64,000 nt of DNA, taken from assembly GCA_002633005.1 (NCBI GenBank), contig NMRA01000066.1, positions 568,940 to 632,939 on the forward strand, written 5' to 3'. The position numbers were made by a program, and so were the translations under genes. The notes beneath the pieces were generated by a model. That model was given only the letters and a program-made list of their open reading frames with translations, searched no databases and was not told the DNA's origin. Positions 23,501 to 38,500 of the stretch are shown in pieces; the first letter of the stretch is position 1, and every line of letters begins with the position of its first letter. Source of the DNA: Phoronis australis (Eukaryota; Animalia; Phoronida).

Positions 23501-26500
23501 TAGACTGGTTCAAATTGACTAACAGGCTGAGACCAACGCCTGTATTAAGTGTCTATACCTCGGCTCCTTGATTTGACTTCGCTGAATTGATTTTTGTCGC
23601 CTTCGCTGTCGGCTTCTCCTGGATATCAGGTCTGGGTCTGGTCTAGTGTCTCGGTTGTGGTCTGATGTCGTGGTCTATGGTCTGTGGTCTATCTTGGTGT
23701 CATGGTCTGACTTTCCTTGATGGCCAATGCCTTAAGTACTATTCTAGCTGGCATCATATGATGGGCCCATCTCGTGACGGTTGCACGTGACACTTGCATA
23801 AGTATTAATTAATCTGAATGGAGCTTACTCAGCAAAATCAAATCAGCCGACTATTGAAACAATTCTTGCATAACACCTGTGATAAGTTCTACTACAGTCA
23901 AAGATATGATTGTAATGCACTTTTTAATTTTCGGAAACCTCAATTAAATGCAGAGGGCCTAGCCTCATTATATTACAATCAGTAAGCAACCCGAAATAAT
24001 GACCTTTCCATAAAGTGAATATATCTGCTTTAATTTGATATTGGTGCACGTTTTTGTTTTAAACCGCTCGGAGCCACTTCTCTTGAAAACACTACATGTG
24101 GTGTAATTGTAGTAGAGTACCTAGTGAAAAGAGCACTTTTAATGTTTTTCCATAAATTTTATAACAACGAGAAAAGGCAAGTAACACGAAAGCATTCAAA
24201 TTAGCACCGCCGTTAGATGAGGCACACAATGTCGCATCAAATGCTACGATGGAACAAGATTGTCGGATTGAACTAGAATTGCGTTTCGTTAAGCTATTTT
24301 TCGGTCTTGTGGCGACATCAAAAAATGTTCGCGAGTACCGCCATGCATGGAACTTTTTATAGATAGCAAAAAGCGGAGCGTAACCCAGAGCATAGGTGTT
24401 TGGGACATAAGTCAACCAATCCAGAGTGCTTGAAATGTCACGTGCAGGGGGTCGTCTGCTCGGTTAAGAAGGTAATTGATAGTGGACAGAAGCTAACTCT
24501 TTGCTCATATCAATGATAAACTGAGCTGCTGGCCGGTATTGCTTTGAATTACTGATATACCACAACCCCTTCTGAATATGACGTAACATGCTACCTTAAG
24601 CGTAAATGGGTCAATGACTACAAGCTGCGAACATGACATCACGTTGCGTTCACGTGGCGGTGCGGACTTCAGCTCCCGCTTTTGGTACAAACTCCAAAGC
24701 GACCTAATAAAAGTCAGTGTTTCAATCACTTACATTTTCAGGTTTTAGAACAGGTGGCGCAACATCCGACGACAACACAATAGAATTGGCCATTGTCGCC
24801 ATGGTTTCGGAAACTGTTACGGCCAACAATGACACTTACTATTTTGGTGTGTCCATCACTATCGACTCGACGGAGATCTGGTCGGGGCAGTTACCTGTGA
24901 CCATTGTGGAAAAAAATTTGCAACCTCTGGTATGCATTTGAAAAGTATATGTTTTCCAATCTTCGACGGCTTAGCTAAATTAAGAAGTCGTTTTCTTGCT
25001 TGTAGCATAAAGTGTCACACAGAAACGTTTTGATAACAGTAGAAATTAGCTAATGCAACCACGAGAGGATATAGCGAAACCGCAACGAAATAGAAAAATA
25101 TCGGGAAAAATGTAACCGAAAAGTCTTGTGTTATATTTTGAAGCTTTATTGCACAGCGAGAAGTTGACTCGGCAGGTTTCCACCGTCTGAATGTTAGGCA
25201 ATGTAATAGGAGCCATTCGTGCGATACTGCTTAGGTAAAGGGAGAACTGATTAACTGTACGCACATGTTGGCCCTACACAATGAGTGGTAATTTTTCATG
25301 CAGAAACACATCTTATACCGTGCAGGCTTTTGTCATGAGAAGAATTCATTTTCGCGTGTTTCAGGCCACCAGTCCTGTTTTCAACTTCGTCACAGCCATT
25401 GCCGAGGTCTCGAAAGGCACGTACACAGCGTTCTACCTCAACATCACTATCCCAGAACAGACGGCCCAGACCTACCGCGCCGAGTTCGCTATGCCTTACA
25501 ACTCGTCCATAATCATGACCATAATAGATATGAACATCGTACACGTCGGATACAATTACAAGTGTACAAACTTCTCAAAGCCAGTCCTTTCATCAGAGGT
25601 ACAGTAAATATCTAGTAATTCGAATAAACGTTCTTAAAAGAAGTTACTCTTCTCCATGCACACCTCATGTCTGAGGAAAAATTGATTGCATAATGCATCT
25701 GCAAACATTTCCTACAGCAGATAAATAACCTGGTTTTACAAAATGTAACTCGGGTTCCATCACATGTGTACAAGCATTGATTCGCACTCTTCCTGAAGCT
25801 GGTTAGAGGTTTTAATAATATCATGAGAGGAATTCGTAAATTTCCAGAGTGGCGTAGAGGGAGAAAATGATTACGGGGTTCTAGACCTGGGTACAGTATA
25901 CAACAGTGGTGTACGGTCTGACGCTGACAGTAACATCATTACCATACAAGTTGTGGCCAAAGTGATGGAAAATGCTTCAGTGACAGAAGGGGAGTCATAC
26001 TTTGCAACTTCAGCTGTTTACTTTGGCTCGGACATGATCTTCGTGGCGCAGAACAGCATAACAATTGTCAACTCGACAAATTCTTCCACGGTAAGGACAC
26101 TTCCTCCCTGATGCAACCAACATACGGGCTGTTCCTCGAATGTAATTATTTACTATAAAACATTATAGTTGATTGTTTCCAGAAATGCTCAAAGACTACT
26201 GAGGTTACTACCGTGTTGCATTTCATTCGATAGTTGGAAAGAAACAAGCAGTCCTGCTCGATCAAGGTGAAACTTTGTGTGGCTTCATTAGAAGGCCGAC
26301 TGCTAGGTTTGATATCGGTCCGTGACGGACATTTGAATGTTTGAAAATATGCATGTCTTTATTTCCAGGATCCAACGTTTGAGATGAAAAACAAGATGTT
26401 CACGAACTTCTTCTACGAAGACTCCTCTTTCCTCATCCATGTGGACATCGAGATCCCTCTCGGACACCAGTACACAACCTTTTCGGCTGATATCTACAGT

Positions 26501-29500
26501 GCCACGGATAACTCCTCGACGGAAATCTATACACAGCTGTGTCGAGTGGCTGTCATTAAGCAAGGCCGAAACATTTTGGTGCCAAAGATTACAACAACAA
26601 ACTCATCTACTTTGAGTATGACCGCATATCTTGTTATTTGGAAATATCAGCTTCAATTAGCCAATTGACTAATTGTTGATAAAAAAAAACTGACGTGAAT
26701 GTCACAGAGAAGATATTTTGGGGATATCATTTTTCTTGCTACCTGCTGATTGGCTAAAAAAATAGCTGATTTATCCACTGCGAACACGTCTCCTCCCCTG
26801 AACCATAAAAGGTCATTGGGGGACTTCCACTTGAGTGATAATAACTGGAGACCTCAGACTCCTATTGCGCCTGACTCCATAAGGATGTCGCAATAGGTAG
26901 CAAAGGGGAATGAATGCATTTGAGGTAGTGAAGATAGCTGTGTATAATGAATTGGGGCATAATTCCATGTTGGCGCATGTTCAAAGATAAAAATATGAGT
27001 CGCTGGAAACACGCGATTAATCATCATTGCTTTCTGAAATCATCTCTTCTGAAATATTTGAATTTCCCGTGGGGAACAAACCGAAGACAGAATGCAATAA
27101 CGCAATCTACGCTGATAAAAATGGAGTATAATTATTGTTTGTTACATGTATCAAGTCTTCTTGATATTGTAACCGTACTGTTCAGTAAGATTGTGGTTAA
27201 TGAAAACAAATTTGAACCTACTTTACATTCTGAACTTTTTCACGGCCAGATAACATTATCAAATCATTAAGCTTTTAACTTAGCTTGTTTCAAGCTGTGT
27301 CTCTTAAGCTCGGCAATTACTGTCGAAAGCGTTAGCATGCGCTCAAAGAGTAAGCGTTACGTATGGTTTGTTAACCGAATAATGAAAGCTTAGTACCAAA
27401 AGCTATGCTACGCACTAGGTTCATGTAGCTGGTTCCACCAAGAAATGTAGATACAATCGTGGGTGGCAACGAAGTACTCAAATAATATAAAACAGTGGCG
27501 GATCTAGGATATCACAAGGGGGGGGCCCAACATTTTGTCCGGCTGTAAGAATTTGCGCAAACTGAACCACGATTGTAGATGCACATAGCACCGAATGGGG
27601 GCAAACCCCCCTCCCGCCCAGGAAATTTTTCTGTTTTTACCTCTAAAAATCAAGCATTTTCCTTGATTCCTGAAGTATTATTCAAGAAAAAAGGCAAAAA
27701 AAAACGGAGAACGTGTCAAACAGGGAAAACTACAAGTATCAAAGACTCGACGCGTGCGTTACCACTACACCACCACGATTTAACTACTAATCTCATACTA
27801 AGAGACCTACTTGTTTATGGTCCACAGCGTTTGCGCGCGAAACCTACTTCTTTTTGTAATGCTTATTACACGTTTTATATTTTGTGCCATCGATTCTTAA
27901 CAAATTTGTCGTATTTAAATAGTCTTCAAATGCCAAAAAGACCAATTCCGTTTTTCGTGTTGGCAATAATGACGGGATTGCTTTGGAAATCGTCTTAAGA
28001 TAAGGTTTGGCTAAGAGAGTATTGCGAGTTTCTGACTGATTCACTGAGGCTTCGATTAAAATTCACATCTTACCAGCAGCTTCTGTTTTTTCATCGTCAC
28101 TCAAGTTCCATTTTCTTTAAAAAATGAAGTAAATTTTCTTCACTGCACAGTGGAGCAGACGACGGAAACGGAGTCGTAGTGGGCAGCGCCACTGCCGGTC
28201 GCCTGGGATATCGCGGGAGAGCCTATACTAAGCCATGATAGTTCCGTTACGAATGCGCCGTGTTCCGAATTTGACACTAAAACTGCACACATATAAATCT
28301 TATTTCATCCGTATAATTTTAATTACCGGGGTTAATTAACTAACTCAACATTTCCCTGCGCTCTTACTGTTTTATTTTTTTGCGGCAGCCAAGGGGGGGG
28401 GGGCGGGCCCCCTGGGCCCCCCTAAATCCGCCTATGTAAAAAGATGTGTTGATATGAAAAAATGACTTACAATTTGGTTTCCCAAAAATGTGCAGACAGA
28501 TGTTCAGAAACTTTGGTACTAGGTAATTGTTTTACAAGGAAATAATGGTGTAGTTCTAATTCCAAGAATCCCAGAGTTTTTTAGAAAGTGAAAAAGCATC
28601 TCAACTGATGTTAAATGCAGTGAACGAAGATTTTCAAGTTTTTGCACGAAGTAGAGACCTAGTTGTACAACTATAGCGCACACGACGAACAATCAGCCAA
28701 GCTGATGTACAAAGCGTGAGAACAACTAACAACGATATGTCTATGATTTTTATAATAACTGTTCAATTTGTACAGAAACTGAAGGGAAAGTTTCCGTTCT
28801 GTAAAACATCCAGCTCTTCTAAATGCAACATTTCTCGTATTTCTGAAATTAGAGTCCGTTGGTCATTTTCTATTTTTTCTGCGCTTATGTAAAGAAACTT
28901 TGGGATTCCTGGAATACAAAAACACCATTACTTCCAAGCAGAATTACTTTGGTATTTATATGCCGTAGTATTGTAGTGTACTGTATTCAACTCTTAATTA
29001 AAAGCTTTTCTTTTGTTTTTCTATTCTAGCTCCGCCATCTGAAAAATATACGGATCGTATCCTACTTGATATGTCCGGTATTAGCAACCTGGGTTTGAAC
29101 TACAATAGAAAGTCCGACAACATGTTGACCGTTGAGATTCTCGTCTCCACTGCTGGAGACTCGCTGGCCGTGTACAACAACACTGACTTCGGCACATACA
29201 CATCCATACAATACAAAGAAAATAAAATCTATGTGGCAGAGTACTCGATGACCTACAATGACATGATGTCTGACCTTGACGACTGGAGTGACGCGGTAAG
29301 TCAAAGATGTTTGTATGTCGGTATTTGGTTCATCCTGTGCTCATGTGATCATTAGAAACGTTCACAAGTATTAAGGTTCTCAAACTTTTTAGAGAGTGGC
29401 AATGTAGTCATTTTTGATTGTAGGGTTCGTGTTTTTTATTGGAATTCTCGTAATACGTGTGAACTCGAGCTTTTTGAAAAATTATTATATTTAGTAAAAG

Positions 29501-32500
29501 ATTAATACGAGACTGAATCTATACGGACAGTACTTCCGTGTGCATGACAATGATCCTTGCGGATAATACTTTTTGTTTCAACGGTTGTCAATTATAGTAT
29601 GAAAAGAGATATTTGGAGAAAAATATAGCCCTGTGTAAATCTTGTCAATAACGAAGGTATTTACTACGCCATTTTATGGAGTCCCGCCCAAACCCAGGTA
29701 ACGGCGAGTCTCTTTGAACCGGACGTCAGCTGGGACGGCTTCTGGAAGAGTATAAAATTTTGACTTTTGGTTAAAAATTAGTGTAAAGATAGCTTAACTT
29801 GCTTCTCGAAACCTGACGAAGTTTAAAAAGGGAAAATATGTCTACAGCAACCGAAATCCATGGCCTGCTCAACTGCTCAGGGGGCTAAAAGCCAAGTCAA
29901 AGAAAAAAAAAATTAGGCTATAGACTTTACGGTAAACAGACCCCTGGTCACCGTGGACATCTTCTCCCGGTTTAATCAAGTTTTAAAACTCAATTGGGAC
30001 ACTTGAAAAAATCCTTTGCTTTCTACAAAGCATTTTGAACCTTGTTTTGGCGCTTCTGAAGTAAATGTTTAGAGTGTTAAAGCACGTTCGTTCGTGCTAA
30101 TAAACAAACTTGGACGAACCCGAAAACTTAATTTCCACAGGTTGAAGAGCCTGAGGTCTCGCTGGTTGACTGTGACTTTGTAGCAGTACCTGGTCAAGCT
30201 GTCATGTACACTATAGACGCCATTGTGCCGCCCACCACCACATCTACGTGGAACTTCCTAGCGACAGTCGGAAGCGAGGATCTCTCAGTTTGTCTTGTAG
30301 AAAGGGTGTCTCAAGGTCCCAACATCGCGCCATGTCTTTCTGAGAAGGCCATAACTGAATACACATCCGTTGAAAACGATGGCCAGAACGACATGGCATC
30401 CCTGAAAATTAGGGGTCTCACAAATATTGGTGAGTTATCGGCAGTTAAAATTGCAACTGTATGTCATTTCAACTTGTTTACATCACCAAACTTAGGAGAA
30501 TTTGGAATACACCAACAATGAATACAACTGTCTTACCTAAATCACCTTTTATCTGTGGAGTATAGCCTCTGTATATCTAGGTACTCGCTGACTTACTTGT
30601 CTACCAGTCTCCTCTTCTTATTTACCCATAGGCGGATTTAGGGGGGGGGAGGCGCATCTATCGTGCTTTGAGCAAATGTTTACAGACAAAATGTTGTCCG
30701 CCCTTGTGATATCCTAGATCCGCCACTGTTATCCGCCTACTTATTTCCGTTCTAACTTCTCGGCCTAGCTGCTCATCTACGTTCATCTATCTACGTATTT
30801 ACCGGCACATTTTCATCCCTACAAATGTTCCGTACATGCACGTTAACCTACCTTCCAATTACTCACTTACCAATGTTCTCACCTAGCTATACCAACCTCT
30901 ACACCAATATATCTACCTACCAACGTGTGTGTACACGTACCCATTTATCCGCTTTTTACCTGTCAACCCAACTGTCTACAGACCCACTTTCCTAACTGCA
31001 TGCCTTTGTTTACCCGTATTTATAGTATCTCTTTTTATTTCTTCATCACTCCTTTCTTTCAAGGTTTGGATAGGCTGAATGCCACTAACAAGGCGGATAA
31101 CCGCTTCAGAACCCGTGTCGTTATTGGAACCAATCCACAAACTAACATCTCGGCGTACCCACAAGTCAACGCCTCTCTCTCCATTGAGGCTGGCTCTGAC
31201 AAGCTGCTGGTGGCTAATTTGGGTATAACCTTCAATTCCTCCCTGCAACTGCCTGCTCAGGTATACAATTGGTTGAAGCATCTGTTAATTTTCACTAAAT
31301 ACCAAAAGTTCTCCGCGCTATACCCTGTAGAGACTAATCCCGTGAATGCCATTAATCGCGACTACGCGATAACGTTTTCTTTAGCTTCTCGATTTTTTCA
31401 ATGGGCAACTTGTCCACTGTACTCAAAGAATTATCATTTTGGGTTGCTGAATGAGAAAAAAATTATTAATGTGCATAATATTGTTTATATGTGATAACAT
31501 TAAACAGTTTTACACGAAAATGTGCCCGATACGCAGTGAGTACGTACGGTATTCAGCTTCATTTTGACCTTGTAAGATTCGATGCCTTATAAGACATTTG
31601 AATCTGAAAGACCGAAAAGTACTAACTTGGCGTCTGTACAGATCTATATATGTATCTTGCAAAAAAATGATCGTGCCAACACTGATGTATATTTATGATC
31701 GAATGTGAACTCAAGAAACATTTTCCTTATTTTACTTATCAAAGTTGACATCAAAAACATGCAAGCTGCGGAGTTGAAGCATGCTATTTAGTGTTTTGAT
31801 TTCGAGATAAATGATTGAAGAATTATTGCAATTCAGCATTTATGTTCGCTCTTGTTTACAGTCTTCAGTGCCCGTCGTGAATTTCTATCACGCCAACGAG
31901 ACATCAATTGTAAAGGGAGCCGCTGGCGTCTACGTTCTCGAAATCTACAGCGTGCCATCCACCTTCAGCCTCTATAAAGTCAAAGCTTACGCACCTGTCA
32001 ACGACACCGATTATGGCAAGTTGAAGATACACGACATCCGGGTCATATCAAGAGGCTTCAACTGCCCCTGCGTTAACGACACGCTGTATACACGCACCTA
32101 CACCGACACGCAGTCAGCTAACGGGACGCTGTACGACACGGCAGAAATGGAGTTTAGAATCGCCAATGTGGGCACCAATGTTTCCGATGTCGTCAATAAG
32201 GACAACGTGGTGAGAATTAATGCCTGGGGTCCTCCCACATATTGGACATACCATACGTCGGAGGTTCTAAAGTCGTGAGTGCCCTAAAGTCGTGAACGAT
32301 CTTATTTCCGCTTCTGAGCGGTCCCGCGACATCTAGCGTTGAAGTTTTCAGCGTTCGAAACTAAACATTGTTCACATTTGCTATAACACGCGCTCCACGG
32401 GGGGGAGTTTCGGGGGGCGAAGCGTGCAAAAAGGTCCGCCTTAGAGAAACAAATCTCCGAAAAAAAGTAGAAAACACGACAAAAGTCCACTAAAAAAGCA

Positions 32501-35500
32501 AGAACTACCATAATTTGGCGAATGCACAATTCATAGCTCTGAACGTACCCCATGAATCTTAGTAAAAGGTCCATATTCGCAAAAATTCGAGCCCCCATTT
32601 TTTAGGCTGGGTGCGCGCATGTTCCGGCGAGTACGTCATCTGCTCGCTAATCGGAAACTAACTTGTTCATTGAAAAAGAGAAGCGCCTGTGGGAAATCCT
32701 AAAAAATATCGGAGTTGAGAATCTGTTTTGTACGATTTACTGACATACGGCGATGGGTAGGCGGTTCAGTGTGGTCACTTTTTAACAAATGATGCCAAGG
32801 GTCTATCCTCTCTTGTAGTAACATATAAAGCTGCTATAAATCATTAGAAACAAATTTTTCATTAAGACTACTTACCGCTCTATAAAATTGCCCTCAACAT
32901 GTGTTCTTCACATGCGATGTGATTTGTGGCTCTGCAAAAACTAACAGCTCGTTATTCTTTATAACTAAACTGGGTGCATAAAATGGCACACTGTGACAAG
33001 CCAAGCTGTTGAGCCGGGAGTGCGTTCAGTAACGCTAGGATCTACGCTAGGACCTACCTAAAAGCTAGCCAAAATCACGTGTTCTCATTTAAAATACACG
33101 GCCATATCCCACGTAATCTCACGAAGTCTTGTTTTTTGGCGAGGTCCTAGCGTTACTGAACGGGAGGCTGGTTTCAAACAAAACGAATTGCTAATTCTAT
33201 CCCAGCCCAGACATGACACCTATTTTGACTTAGGTACAATTTGAGATCAATTTTATAACATCAAATATGCTTCAAGGCGGCTATAAAATTTTCATGTAAA
33301 ATGCTTGAAGGGATACATTTTACTGACTTCGACTTGGCAGGGTTGAGTTTGTTACGTTCAGAAAGACAATGTTGGAAAAAAATTCTAAGTTATCATCGAG
33401 ATCCGATCATACAAGTGTAATTTCACTCACCACAATCGTACTTCAGATTTTAGGCATTTTGCTTTTGTTTTCTTTTACCTCAGCTGCCATATTAGCAACG
33501 TGGTGTTTTATTTATAATCAAGCAAGCAGGTATTGCTTACTAATAATAATGTCATCCAAGATACTGTTACATAAAAGTAATTCATGGAATAACTAAAAAA
33601 TTTAATCTAGTACTTCAACCATTTTTGGAAAGTAACTAAATTTCACATACCAAAACTAAAAGCCTCCGAGATCATACCCATAACTGCTAATTACTGTTCT
33701 AATTTTCATAAATTACTTCTAAACTATGATGCGCTATTAATTGCATGGCTAATCCTTTATGCCGTAATTGTGAAGTGTGAGCGAAACACTAAATTTCCGA
33801 ACCAGACCCCTGTGTTAGTTTTTATTCCTCCCATCTGCTTGATGTCACTTGATACAGTCTTTCTCCTGTACAGGTGGTTACAGATGCTTGCTTTTTAGCT
33901 TTACTACTTGAATTTTGTAAATAGCTATTGGTGCACTCATTAGTAAAAGTCATTAACTTGTCATAAAGTCAGATAAGTGCTCCAAGCTATTTTTTCGTGT
34001 AACTATTTCAGCTGACCATGGAGATTGTTGTTGGCGCCCCTGATGGCTCGACGGCGAACATTGGAGACTATCTTTTTGTAGCTGCAGCGGTTCAAATTAA
34101 CAACCAAAACGTTTACGTAGGGTCCGTGAGAGAAGTGCTGACTAACGTAATACAGGTAGGACACATTACTATCATCCGTGTGTGCCGATTTGAATAAAAT
34201 TATTCAACCCGCGTAGGAACTCACTTGGAAAACTAAATATCACGTTATCAACAAAACATTTTTAAAACTAACTGTTTTTGAGGGGAGCATAATACATGTA
34301 CATGTTCATTATAATAATGTTGTTTACCTCTGTCTTATCTGTTTAAGAATCCCGCATCGTCTTCCGTGAACGTCTACACGACGGGTAATAGTAGCACGTG
34401 CGGAGTTGGCGAAGTCAAGTCGTACTTCATCGACATCACTTTGTCAGAGGGTACAGACAAGCTGAACTTGACCTTCAATCTCAGTCCTTATGCAAACGGC
34501 CCGAGCCTCATTCTCAAAGAACTCGTTTATGTAACTATTGGTGTTAACATTGCGGCAGATCCTGTGTTTGTAACGGAAGATTACACAACGTATACCGACC
34601 AGGCTACCGGGTTCGTGTCTTCATCACGAGTTGGTGGAAATGTCGACATCGGTTTAGTCACCAACACGGGTAAGTCATTGGTCTTTTTGTAAACAGCATT
34701 GTAAGAAATTGTCTTCTTCGCTGTAGACAAAACACGTCCAAAAGGGAGGATATCCAATAAGAACTGTAAGCAGTCTCCAAGGCAAAATACACGGATCCCC
34801 GAAGTGACATCATTTGGATGAAAAAGTACCTTGTATCTCTTTCTCCCGAGTTATTTTAATTCATGGGAACGCGTTGCGTAGCTCCTGGGAACGAGATACC
34901 TACTCGGTCCTGCAGTTTAGTAACTTGTTCCCACTAGATGTGTTTTCTTTGATGTCATTTCGAGCGTTCCGTAAAATATAACTTGTGTGAACGAGATACG
35001 TAACTCGTGCAGGGTAAGAAGATACCAACTCGTTCCTGCAACTTAGTACATGTATCTCGTTCCCACGAGGTGTATTTTCTTTTATCCCATATCGGGGGCT
35101 CCGTTAAAACATTTGTTTGAGCAAAATCAATTTCAAGCCCTTAATAAAAGTTTGGAAAGTTTTATTATCTCACACGAAAACTTAGACATTCAACGCTGTG
35201 ATGTTCGTACATCTGCAAATTTTCTCAAAGAACACTATAAATATTTCAACTCCTTTCACTAAGAATTTATTATAAGTTCTCTCCGCGTGAAATATCTGGA
35301 TCAACGGACTGAGTCAAACTGCCTCTTAGATAACGTGCTAGGTGTTGATGTGTTCCAGTAAAGTTAAATTCACAAAACTTATATAATATAACTTATTATA
35401 ACCACTTAATTTGTGAGACTGGAGTTGGAAATACCTTGGGCGTGTTTTAAAGAACATCGTAGGCGCTTTGTCAATTAACTTGCGGACAAAATTAGAAGGC

Positions 35501-38500
35501 GAAACTGGGCAAAATTCTTCAATGTCCACAGGGTCGTGATTGGTTGATGGGCACATCTGTGTGATCTCTTCGTTAGGAAAAACTTATGTTTTCATACTTT
35601 TCGTTCAATTCCACCAAATTTTAGGAACCACCAGACGATACACGTTCCAGCCTCACAAAAAAGAAGATGACATCGTCCAGCTAAAAATGACAGTGATGTG
35701 TGACGACAATCCATACCATTTCTCTGACACCAACATTCCGTGGACACTGACAGTGGCGGGCTCTAACGACACCTCCACAACCAATTGGGAAGTCAAACTT
35801 GTAGCCACAGGCAACGAAAAGGCGGATCTCTACAAACTTTCGTGGTTCGAAAAGGATGACCGAACTAGAAGTGAAATTGGGCCCGAGTACGTATGTTGTG
35901 AACTTTTTTAGGTGAAGATGATCAAACGATACATTGAAGTGGTGATTTGCAGGGGCGGATCCCGGGTTTTTAGTTAGGGGGGGACAGGGCAAAATATTAG
36001 CCTGGATTTTACCCGTCAGACGTTGGCACCTCCGAACTGCCAAATGCAATCTGGGAGAATTTTAGGGGGCCATTGCAACCTTGGCCCCCTCTAAATCCGC
36101 CCCTGCTTTGTGTAATACGCACAGCAGGTAACACCAGCATTCCAAAATGTTCTACTGTAGATAAGTGACTATTGTTGGGTGAAAACTATCCATGACTAAT
36201 CCCTAGCGAACAGATAGTTAATGCTTCATGAAATAAAGGAATATGACAGCTAGAATTAGTTTTGTCTTGTTTGTATTGGCTTATAAATCAAGAAAAAAGA
36301 AAACAAGAGTGTGTGACTTTAGGTATTGACACATTCAAAATTTGTTAGGATAAGTGGTGGTGCTAATATTTCCAAGACCATCTGTCATGCAGGTTCACAT
36401 CTTCAATAAACTGTGCCACTATTGCCAGTGTCTTACAGGGCTAGGACGTGAACATGCATTTAATGGATTTTACTTTTGTTTTAGCGACCAGATGAGGTAC
36501 TGTACGCATTTCAACCACACAAACACGTCTAGTGCGCATGCGTTCAATGTTGCCCTACACGTGATGTTGCCTACACACTCTCGTTATGAGCCGTCAACAT
36601 TGGTGTTTAACGGAACTGAACCACAGGTGGATGATCAGTCCGGAACAAGAGGAGTCGTCTTCAAGGTAAAGTGATACTCTTTATTGGATGCCACGTGACA
36701 GAAAATATGTACCGTAATCGCGTGGAACGCGAAATTTTACAGAACAACGTTTCTGTGACATTTTAAGTGCACGGAAAAAAACTTTTCGATGAAAACAAAA
36801 ACGTGGCAAAGGACCATATGCTTATTGTGATAACCCTGACCACTGCGTAAAATACTGATGTTCAAAGACACTTTCAAGTTACAGTTGATAAATGTGAGAA
36901 GGTGAAGCATCGCCTCTGTGCCGACATATTTTTGGATTATTTTGAGTAAGGCGTACACCAAATACTTTTAATTTTTGAATACTTATGAATATTAGCCAAT
37001 GACTTTTGAAAGGTTCATTACGAAACTTTTAATGTATCATAAATGGAGTTAAGCAAAAAAGCGTTAGAGTGCATTATATAATTGGTTGAATGTTTCTGAG
37101 AGATGTGGCATTAAATAACTTCTTCTAAATACCTCTTGTAATGTCACTTCCTTCCTTTGCATGTAGTACGCTCACATGCGTTTCTCCGATAACTTGACCG
37201 TCTGCTTCAACTTCACCATTGATCCAAACCGCGCCATTGCTGTCGGATCTTTGAATGTGACGGAAGTCGTGACGTCGTATCTCACCTACTTCGAAGTGGA
37301 CAGGAATCAAAACGATTCATCGGGAATTGTCGGCAAGGGAGCAACCATCCCACACTTAACAGTCCCGGAGAATCTCGCCCTCGAGTATTACGTCGCAGGT
37401 ATGACTGGTATCTAAGCTTTAAACACATTCTCATATTTCTAGGAACATTCTGTAAATAAGTCTTCACGTTGGTTTTGCCTCTTTGCTAGCAATAAGACAA
37501 TACGAGAAACGTGGGTATGTCAAGAACTGCGGTTGCTGGAAAAGGTCCTCGTATTGCGTATTTCCTCAGCCTCCATCCATAAAGACAGTAAGAGTTTCGA
37601 CAGAGATAACAAGTCAATCGAAAATGATAGATCTATAACGTACTAACATAGTGATAGCTAGTCTGTTGTTGGGGGTAGCAAAGGTTTCACCTGAGATACT
37701 AAGTAGAGATCTAATATTACATGTATGAGCTAGGCCTGCTAAGCCCGTCGCTAGAGTCAATGAGACTACTCTTTTTCAGAATGCTTCGATGAGATTGGTA
37801 TTCGTTCGGGGGCACTGCAAAGTTGCCAGGCTTTCGCCTCGATAGCCTTGAGCCCGAGTTCTTTGCTAAGCGATTTGAGTTTGGACAGCGTGTCTTCCGC
37901 TTGGAAGACGCCAATCCGTCATCCACCGTATTTTAAGAATGACTTCATCGAAGTAAGTACTCATATGAACAAGGCGGAAAGAAATTTTTTCTTGAAGTAT
38001 CGCTAGCGAGTATTCGACTGTGTTATTTCCAGCGCTGTTGAAAATGATTTTCATTAACTTTTCTGCCACGAAGAACGTCACATGCGCTCTTCTTTCAAAA
38101 GCAGAAAGATTTTCATCGTATGGATTTTTCAATGTATAAGACCCGGAGACTGTTGCCACGTTTACCCAGTGTTGAAGTTCCTTGAAGTCTCATACGGTTC
38201 ACATATTAAGCAATACGTAACAAATATGACTCGCATTTTAACGCACTATGTTTGAGAGTTGCTTACCGAACATTTTATTTTGGTCCCACTCTTTGAAATG
38301 TCCTAATCAAAGACTGCGTTCCCGTGTGGACGCAAGAATTTTGCGAGCAGTAAAACTAGAGTGATCACGTGCTCCGCTTGTTATGCCAGACGAAATTTCA
38401 CGCCGTCTTGCGTGATCTTTCACGAGTTTCTTGGGTCAGCGGAACGCAGGTCAGAGTTGACAGGAAACCTTTCTCACTGCTCTTGGATTGCGAGTGGTCA

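Noticed and set aside
29811-29852. CTGACGA...GAAA hammerhead-like sequence
   Set aside because: Helix II and helix I do not pair convincingly; at best a decayed motif.
37717-38159. Minus-strand ORFs suggesting a nested gene
   Set aside because: They overlap + strand exon 22, which encodes the discoidin N-terminus and fits the phases; antisense shadow.
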